From contig JAVZHX010000005.1 in the NCBI GenBank assembly GCA_038871515.1, positions 1-53,581 of the forward strand: a stretch of DNA of 53,581 nucleotides, read 5' to 3'. This DNA is from Candidatus Micrarchaeia archaeon (lineage in GTDB: Archaea; Micrarchaeota; Micrarchaeia; Burarchaeales; Fermentimicrarchaeaceae). Position 1 is the first letter of the stretch; every line of letters begins with the position of its first letter. Below the pieces are notes generated by a model. That model was not told the origin of the DNA. It worked only from the letters and a program-made list of their open reading frames with translations, and made no database searches. This document shows positions 47,410 to 53,581 of this stretch, piece after piece. The position numbers and the translations under genes were made by a program.

Positions 47410-48279
47410 ATGATATTACCGCTCACCCTGCTTCCACCAGGGCTTCTGATGCTGCTTGCAAAAAAGATTGAGGGTTTGGGGGAGCTTGTCGCATCCTTCC
47501 TGCCAAATTTGAGACTTGAGCTGATACAGGCAGGGGTGGATTTGCCGCCAAGAAGATATGCAGCAGCTTCAATTGTTTCAGGAACGGTGAATTTTCTCTT
47601 TGTTACTCTCCTTATCATTCTAATAGGTTATGCTGTGAGAAGGGAGGTTGTGCTTCTTGGGATTTTTGCAGGTTTGCTTGTTGGCATTTCATCCTTTCTC
47701 ACAATTATTTTCTATCCAGCAGTAGTTGCAAGAAGAAGAACGAGGGCGCTTGAAGCAAATCTAATACCAGCGCTGAGGCAGTTGCTTATAAACATAAGAT
47801 CGGGTGTCCCGCTTTTTCAGGCAATGACAAGCGTCAGCGAAGGTTACGGGCCAGTTTCAGATGAGTTTGCAAAAATGGTGGAGAAGATGAGCGCAGGAGT
47901 GCCTCAGACAGATGTTCTTAATGAGGCGAGCAAGAGAAACCCATCCTTCAGGTTTAGGAGAGTTCTCTGGCAGATTTCAAATGCGTTGAAGGTTGGCTCT
48001 GACGTTGGGAATGCGATAGAGGAGATGATAAATGAGCTGACAAAGGAGAGGATGTCAGAAATTCAAAGATACGGGCAGGAGCTGAACCCGTGGGTTATGA
48101 TATATATGGTGCTTGCAGTTGTGCTTCCCTCACTTGGGATAACAATGTTGATTATTATAATGTCATTTATGAATGTGCTTGTGCCGAGAAGCATCTTCCC
48201 GGCAGTTTTTGTTTTCCTTTTAATATTTCAGCTTTTCTTCATAAGTTTTGTGAAAAGCAGAAGGCCTGCGGTGGATTGA
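47410..48279 (+). CDS. Type IV pilus platform protein (TadC/T2SS-F family)
   Basis: LIPALRQL...RSGVPLFQAM...YGPVSDEF; TM helices. Confidence 0.87.
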   Translation: MILPLTLLPPGLLMLLAKKIEGLGELVASFLPNLRLELIQAGVDLPPRRYAAASIVSGTVNFLFVTLLIILIGYAVRREVVLLGIFAGLLVGISSFLTIIFYPAVVARRRTRALEANLIPALRQLLINIRSGVPLFQAMTSVSEGYGPVSDEFAKMVEKMSAGVPQTDVLNEASKRNPSFRFRRVLWQISNALKVGSDVGNAIEEMINELTKERMSEIQRYGQELNPWVMIYMVLAVVLPSLGITMLIIIMSFMNVLVPRSIFPAVFVFLLIFQLFFISFVKSRRPAVD

Positions 48280-48280
48280 T

Positions 48281-49291
48281 ATGAGAACAAGCGAAAGAAT
48301 TTATACAATGTTTTCAGTTCTCTTCCCCCAGTCAGTGGTAAAGCACATTAGTAAGCTGATGGTTCAGGGAGGGTTGAAGATGAAGCCGAGGGTTTACCTT
48401 GGCTCATCCCTCCTCTGGTCCCTTCTTCTCGCAGTTGTTGCTTTTCAAGTTTCCCTCAGCTTTGTTGAAGCAAAGTTCGCTTGGCTGATTGGCTTGGGTG
48501 TTTGGCTCGCAGTTGAAATTCTTGCGTATATTCTTTTGGTTGCAACTGCGGATAACAGAGCATCAAAAATAGAAGAAGTTTTACCTGACGCGCTGCAGAT
48601 GATTTCCGCAAATGTTAGAGCTGGGATGACAACTGAGAATGCAATCTGGATGGGGGCAAGGCCTGAATTCGGCCCACTGGAGGAAGAAATTAAAGTTGTG
48701 AGCAGCAAGTGCTTCGGTGGGAAGCCAATTGCAGATGCGCTGAGGGAGATGGCGGACAGAGTGAAATCAACAACTCTTGAAAGAGCTGTGAAGCTGCTTG
48801 TTGAGGGAATAGAGCTTGGTGGTGAGATTGCTCCACTCCTTGATGAGGTGGCAAGGGATATAAGGAGCACATCTGCTTTGAAGAAAGAGATTCTTAACGC
48901 AACTCTTATGTACACAATATTCATTATCTTCAGCTCCATGATAGCTGCGCCTATTCTGTTTGCTTCATCGCTTTACTACTCTGAGATGAGTTTGTCAATC
49001 ATGAAAAACAGAATGGAGCTTCCCTCAGATGTCCCTGTGACGGGAACTTTTAGCATTCTATTCCGAGGGGGGAGCAAAGCGACTGTGATTAACCCTGAGG
49101 AAGTGAAAATTTTTGCAATTTCGTGCATAATTCTCACAACAACCCTTGGAGCGCTTACGCTTGCCCAGATAAGGTATGGAAGAATAACAAAAGGTTTGAA
49201 GTTTGTTCCCATTTTTGTTGGGTGTGCGTTGGTTGTTTTCTTCCTCACTCACTCAGTATTTCAATCTGCTTTTGGTTATTTGATAAGGTGA
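48281..49291 (+). CDS. Type IV pilus platform protein (TadC/T2SS-F family)
   Basis: IEEVLPDALQMISANVRAGMT.E.A...RPEFGPL; TM helices. Confidence 0.88.
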   Translation: MRTSERIYTMFSVLFPQSVVKHISKLMVQGGLKMKPRVYLGSSLLWSLLLAVVAFQVSLSFVEAKFAWLIGLGVWLAVEILAYILLVATADNRASKIEEVLPDALQMISANVRAGMTTENAIWMGARPEFGPLEEEIKVVSSKCFGGKPIADALREMADRVKSTTLERAVKLLVEGIELGGEIAPLLDEVARDIRSTSALKKEILNATLMYTIFIIFSSMIAAPILFASSLYYSEMSLSIMKNRMELPSDVPVTGTFSILFRGGSKATVINPEEVKIFAISCIILTTTLGALTLAQIRYGRITKGLKFVPIFVGCALVVFFLTHSVFQSAFGYLIR

Positions 49292-49305
49292 AAAAGGTGG
49301 TGATG

Positions 49306-49761
49306 ATGGAAAAGAAAGGACAGTCAGCTTTGGAGTATTTGATAACTTACGGATGGGCGCTTGTTGCTCTGGCAGTTATAATACTTCTTCTTTATTACTT
49401 GGGAGTTTTCAATCCAACCATGTGGGTTCCTACGAAGAATGAAGCAGTTGGTTTGAGTGTTTTTGGTGTCACTGATTTCAGTGTGAAGGGGGATGGAAGC
49501 ATAACTCTGTATCTTGTGAACAACGCGCAAACTTCAGTGAACATCACTGATATAAAAATAAAGGATTCTTCTCTTGTTTCACCATCTCCCGCTTTACCCT
49601 ACGTGCTGAAGCCAGGAGGGAACCTTACAATCAGCGGTATTTCAACGATAACAGGCGCAACAGGCGATGCTTTCTACGGGGTGAAAATAGAGTTCAATTA
49701 TACGGTAATTGGGGGAGCTTCCCACATTGATTCTGGAATAATAAGGGGGAAGATAGATTAG
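49306..49761 (+). CDS. Pilin-like protein (class III signal peptide)
   Basis: MEKKG|QSALEYLITYGWA...LYYLGVFNP; SD GGTGGTGA (alternative ATG 49303). Confidence 0.87.
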   Translation: MEKKGQSALEYLITYGWALVALAVIILLLYYLGVFNPTMWVPTKNEAVGLSVFGVTDFSVKGDGSITLYLVNNAQTSVNITDIKIKDSSLVSPSPALPYVLKPGGNLTISGISTITGATGDAFYGVKIEFNYTVIGGASHIDSGIIRGKID

Positions 49762-50156
49762 CTCGCTCTAAAAACAGGGTTTGGTTTTGGCTTTCTTACT
49801 ATGCGTAGCTCATTGTATTTTTTGTGATTTCTTTTTCTCAGCTTCTTCTTGAGGTGTTTGAGTTCCTCCATCAGCTCTTTTTCCGTTATCTTTATTTTTT
49901 CTTTTGTGAAACTCTTCCCAAGTTTCTTTCCATCAAAATGATACCCTCTTCTCTCTGCCTCCCTCCAAACATAAAGAAGATAGGTTGAGATGAATTTTTT
50001 AGAATTCTTTTGATTCTTGAAATTTGTGAGTTGTGGATGATGTTTGTAACCTCTTGTTTTTCCTTCCAAAACTTTTTTTGCAAGCAAACCCTCTCTCCAC
50101 AGAGCAACCAACCCCCTGTAGTCAAGGTATTTGGGATGCAGAGACCAGAGCCTCAT
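49758..50156 (-). CDS. Pyrimidine dimer DNA glycosylase/endonuclease V family protein
   Basis: MRLWSLHPKYLD..GLVALWREGLLAKKVL.G.T.GY.HHPQL..F...EA..RGY.FD. Confidence 0.9.
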   Translation of the reverse strand: MRLWSLHPKYLDYRGLVALWREGLLAKKVLEGKTRGYKHHPQLTNFKNQKNSKKFISTYLLYVWREAERRGYHFDGKKLGKSFTKEKIKITEKELMEELKHLKKKLRKRNHKKYNELRIVRKPKPNPVFRAS

Positions 50157-50626
50157 GGGTTAAGCCTCCAAACGTAAAAGTTGAGAATTGCTGCAAAGCT
50201 AACCCAAAGAATGTATGGAATTAGAAGAAGGGCTGCGGGCTTTGAGAGTTTATGGAATTTTATTATAGTGACTGCAATCGCAAGCCACAGCAGTATTATC
50301 TCAACAAAACCACAAAGAGAACAGCGCAAGCCAAAAAAGAAAATTGACCAGAAAAGGTTCAGAAGGAGCTGAACTCCAAAAATTGATAAAGCATCTCTCA
50401 CTTCTTTTCTCTTAACTCCCTTTTCCCAAACAAGATAAGCTGAAACTCCCATAAATAGGTAAAGGGTAACCCATGCAGGTGCAAAGAGCCAGCTTGGCGG
50501 AGTGAAGTCTGGCTTTTTAAGCCTATCATACCAATCTGGAATTGAGTTGTATGTGAAAACCGAGCCAATAACTCCCGCCATCTCGCATATTAGAATTGCA
50601 ACAATTAATGCAGTTTTGCTCTTCAT
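50153..50626 (-). CDS. tspO: TspO/MBR tryptophan-rich sensory protein
   Basis: WY..LKKP.FTPPSWLFAPAW..LY..MG, QL.LN..WS..FFG, LLIPYILWV.FA..LN. Confidence 0.93.
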   Translation of the reverse strand: MKSKTALIVAILICEMAGVIGSVFTYNSIPDWYDRLKKPDFTPPSWLFAPAWVTLYLFMGVSAYLVWEKGVKRKEVRDALSIFGVQLLLNLFWSIFFFGLRCSLCGFVEIILLWLAIAVTIIKFHKLSKPAALLLIPYILWVSFAAILNFYVWRLNP

Positions 50627-50687
50627 TTACCCACCCCAATTGTTTTCATCTGGTAATTATTTAAACTTCCTTTAATAATATTTTTCT

Positions 50688-52439
50688 ATGCAGTTCAGCG
50701 TGCTTGCAGAAGCGTATGAGAAGCTTGAGGCAACGAGAGGAAGGCTGGAGATGATGGCAATCCTCTCAGAGCTTTTCAGGAAAGCAAAAGCAGATGAAAT
50801 TGATAAGATAATTTACCTAACTCAAGGAGTGCTTGCTCCTCCTTTTGAGGGAATTGAAGTTGGGTTGGGTGAGAAGTTCGTTGAGGAAGCAATATCTATT
50901 GCAACAGGTTACCCTGTTAAAAGAGTTGAGGAAGTTTACAGGAAAACAGGCGATTTGGGCAAGACTGCTGAGGAGCTTCTCTCATCAAAAAAGCAAATGT
51001 CTTTATTCTCACAGCCGTTATCTGTTCAGAAAGTTTATGATAATTTTATGAAGATGGCGAGGATGAGCGGAGCGGGAAGCCAGGAGATGAAAATAAAAGG
51101 TTTGGTTGAACTGCTGAATAACTCAACACCGAAGGAAGCGAAATATATAACAAGGTTTCCAATTGGTAAACTCAGGTTGGGGATAGGTGACCCAACGATA
51201 CTTGATGCCCTTTCCGCGTATGAAGCTGGAGATAAAAGCTTGAGGGAGGAGCTTGAGAGAGCCTATAATCTATGTTCGGATTTGGGGCTTGTTGCAAAAA
51301 CGCTTTTTTCAGATGGGATTGAGGGGATAAGGAAATTCAGAATAAAAGTTTTCAATCCAATAAGGCCAGCGCTTGCAGAAAGGTTGCCAAGCGCGGAGGA
51401 GATAATTGAGAAAGTTGGAAAGTGCGCAGTAGAACGGAAATACGATGGACTAAGAATGCAACTGCACAAGCAAGGAGACAGAGTTGAGATTTTTTCAAGA
51501 AGGCTTGAGAGAATGACGCATATGTTTCCAGAAATTGTTGATGGAGTTAGAAAGCAGGTGAAAGCAAAAGAGGCAATTCTTGAAGGGGAAGCGCTTGCGT
51601 ATAATGAAACAAGCGGTGAGTATTATCCATTCCAGTTAACAATGCAGAGAAAAAGAAAATATGGAGTGAAAGAGATGGCTGAGGAGTATCCACTGAAATT
51701 ATTTGCGTTTGACATTCTTTATTACGATGGGGTTGACTGCACAAAAAAACCTTATCTGGAGAGAAGAAAGAAGCTTGAGAAATTAATTGCAGCAGGAGAT
51801 GTGATAAAATTATCTGAAATGATTGTGACGGACAACCCAAAGAAGCTTGAGGAGTTTTTTGAGGAGTCTGTTGAGAAAGGAATGGAGGGAATTGTTGCGA
51901 AGGATTTGAATGCTGAGTACGTTGCAGGCGCAAGAAAGTTTGCTTGGATAAAGCTGAAAAGGTCTTATAAGGGAGAGCTTGCGGACACGGTTGATTTGGT
52001 GATTGTCGGTTATTTTTTGGGAAAGGGAATGAGGGCGAAGTTCAAATTCGGTGGTTTGCTCTGCGCTGTTTATGATGAGAAGGAAGATGTATTCAAAACA
52101 GTTGCAAAGATTGGCTCCGGTTTCTCTGAGGAGCAGATGAAACAGCTTGAGGAGATGCTTGGAAAAATAAAGGTTGATCACAAGCTTGCGAGAGTTGACT
52201 CTGAAATAAAACCTGATTTCTGGGTTGATTTGAAATACGTTGTGACAGTTGCTGCTGATGAGATAACAAGGTCGCCTACGCACACTGCTGGAAAAGGAAA
52301 AGGAGAAAGCGGCTATGCGCTCAGGTTCCCAAGGATGGTTGAGCTGAGAATGGATAAGTCGCCTGAGGAAGCAACAACTGTTCAGGAGATAATTGAAATG
52401 TATAAAATGCAGAAGAGAATTCAGCTTGAAGAAAGTTAA
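50688..52439 (+). CDS. lig: ATP-dependent DNA ligase
   Basis: LRLGIG, ERKYDGLR (motif I), ILEGE, FAFDILY, EGIVAK, WIKLKR, DLVIVG, ALRFPR, RMDK. Confidence 0.97.
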   Translation: MQFSVLAEAYEKLEATRGRLEMMAILSELFRKAKADEIDKIIYLTQGVLAPPFEGIEVGLGEKFVEEAISIATGYPVKRVEEVYRKTGDLGKTAEELLSSKKQMSLFSQPLSVQKVYDNFMKMARMSGAGSQEMKIKGLVELLNNSTPKEAKYITRFPIGKLRLGIGDPTILDALSAYEAGDKSLREELERAYNLCSDLGLVAKTLFSDGIEGIRKFRIKVFNPIRPALAERLPSAEEIIEKVGKCAVERKYDGLRMQLHKQGDRVEIFSRRLERMTHMFPEIVDGVRKQVKAKEAILEGEALAYNETSGEYYPFQLTMQRKRKYGVKEMAEEYPLKLFAFDILYYDGVDCTKKPYLERRKKLEKLIAAGDVIKLSEMIVTDNPKKLEEFFEESVEKGMEGIVAKDLNAEYVAGARKFAWIKLKRSYKGELADTVDLVIVGYFLGKGMRAKFKFGGLLCAVYDEKEDVFKTVAKIGSGFSEEQMKQLEEMLGKIKVDHKLARVDSEIKPDFWVDLKYVVTVAADEITRSPTHTAGKGKGESGYALRFPRMVELRMDKSPEEATTVQEIIEMYKMQKRIQLEES

Positions 52440-53419
52440 CCAACAACTATTTTTTTGCAGTCGTCAAAGGATAGCTCGTTGGCTGCTTTTACAATTCTAT
52501 AATCCTCCTCAGCAGTCATTCTTTTTCCTTCCATTATCATTCTTTGAAGCTGTTGGGAGAACATTGCTGCAGCTGCGCATGCTCTTGCTGCAAGCAGATC
52601 GGCTGTTTCCTTGCTCACCTCCTCCCCTTTTGTGATGTAGTGATGAGCAAGCTGGAGAAGAGGAGGATGAACTTTCTCCTCCTTGAAAACTTTTTTCATA
52701 ATTTCCTCATTTGCCAACACAACTGAAACTTCTGCATTTCTCGCAGCTAACTCCTTTGCAAACAGCTCATGCGCTTCTCCCATTTCAACAAGAACGTTTC
52801 CCCTGAAATTTCCATCTGCAACTGCTTTCGCTCTCATCCCATCGTTTATTTTTATCTGCTGTGCAATTTCCTTTGCAACAGCTTTCATGTTTTCAACTGC
52901 ACCAACAAAATCCTTTATTGCAACAGCGCGCTCAACTCTCTCCATGTTTTCGTTTATGCTTTTCTGAAGCTTCATTCTCTCCTCGTATGTTTCTCCCTTT
53001 AAACCAACTGCATTCCTATCGTAATATGGGTCAAGAATTATAACTTTCAAATCAGGGTTTTCTGCTTTTAACTCGCAAAGAATTTCGCATCTTCTTTTGT
53101 ATGAGGCAAGACGTGGAGTGAGGAAGTATTCCGGGGTTTTCTCCAGGTCAACTTTTCCTTTTGTTTCATTCAGCATAAACTCCCTGAGGTGGGAGTCAAT
53201 TGATTTTCTTCCTTCAATCACATCCATAAGCGCCTTTGGTGAATCCTCAAGTATTATTGTTTTGATTTTTTGGGTTTTTACAACCTCTGCAATTTTTTCA
53301 ACTGATTCTGGGTGGTGAGTTACCATCACTGCAATGAACCTTCCCTTCGTTTCATTCTCCGTTTTTAATATGCCCATCTGATGAAAGGGAGTCTGTTCTC
53401 TCACTGCTGTATTTTCCAT
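52436..53419 (-). CDS. Hypothetical protein (alpha/beta; possibly TraB/ChaN-like fold)
   Basis: 327-aa ORF with TATA-like TTTTATAC ~25 nt upstream; VTHH, ILED and EMGEAH motifs only loosely suggest a family. Confidence 0.6.
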   Translation of the reverse strand: MENTAVREQTPFHQMGILKTENETKGRFIAVMVTHHPESVEKIAEVVKTQKIKTIILEDSPKALMDVIEGRKSIDSHLREFMLNETKGKVDLEKTPEYFLTPRLASYKRRCEILCELKAENPDLKVIILDPYYDRNAVGLKGETYEERMKLQKSINENMERVERAVAIKDFVGAVENMKAVAKEIAQQIKINDGMRAKAVADGNFRGNVLVEMGEAHELFAKELAARNAEVSVVLANEEIMKKVFKEEKVHPPLLQLAHHYITKGEEVSKETADLLAARACAAAAMFSQQLQRMIMEGKRMTAEEDYRIVKAANELSFDDCKKIVVG

Positions 53420-53525
53420 GTTTTTATTTTGAATTTTGCAGTATAAAAAGTTGACTGAGTTTCGATTATGTCTAATTAATTGGGATGACCGTAAGCCTTT
53501 TTCTGGGACTTCATAATCTTTAGTG

Positions 53526-53577
53526 GGGGTCCGCCTGCCAGGTGTGTAATCCGGCAGGTGTGCAGGACCCCGGAGGT
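53526..53577 (+). promoter_or_regulatory. Structured GC-rich leader followed by SD GGAGGT (downstream gene presumably beyond the window)
   Basis: GGGGTCC/GGACCCC outer stem, GCCTGCC/GGCAGGT inner stem; GGAGGT at 53572-53577. Confidence 0.5.
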
Positions 53578-53581
53578 TAAA

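Noticed and set aside
53480..53581. SRP RNA, RNase P RNA, rRNA or tRNA fragment
   Set aside because: No diagnostic motifs (SRP helix 8, RNase P GAGGAA/P4, T-loop) were found on either strand in the visible part.

Overview
Compact archaeal chromosomal segment. Gene families, GGTGA/GGAGG Shine-Dalgarno (SD) sites, TATA boxes, LxFGC lipoboxes and many class III signal peptides suggest a DPANN archaeon, possibly Micrarchaeota (inference only). Housekeeping genes include gap, pgk, tpiA, a glycogen debranching enzyme, ppa, trxB, thrS, rtcB, dcd, lig, lemA-htpX, hsp20 and a glutaredoxin. There are two intron-containing tRNAs: Thr-CGT with a canonical intron and Ser-CGA with a rare T-loop intron. The window also holds the end of a probable IS6-like element, a type IV pilus assembly operon and several Cys-rich surface proteins. 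Two things stand out. (1) Seven copies of a 9-bp motif (ACCATACAA), in both orientations within 139 bp, lie directly upstream of an Orc1/Cdc6-like AAA+/winged-helix gene; this is a candidate non-ORB replication origin or autoregulatory operator. (2) A tandemly duplicated two-gene cassette pairs a ~1600-aa pilin-anchored Ig-repeat adhesin with a convergent beta-helix protein; the copies are identical or near-identical in discrete blocks and strongly diverged elsewhere, suggesting a constant/variable adhesin diversification system. All calls come from reading motifs by eye; no database searches were run. Several start codons were moved from the ORF track to the ATG best supported by SD sites or signal peptides.
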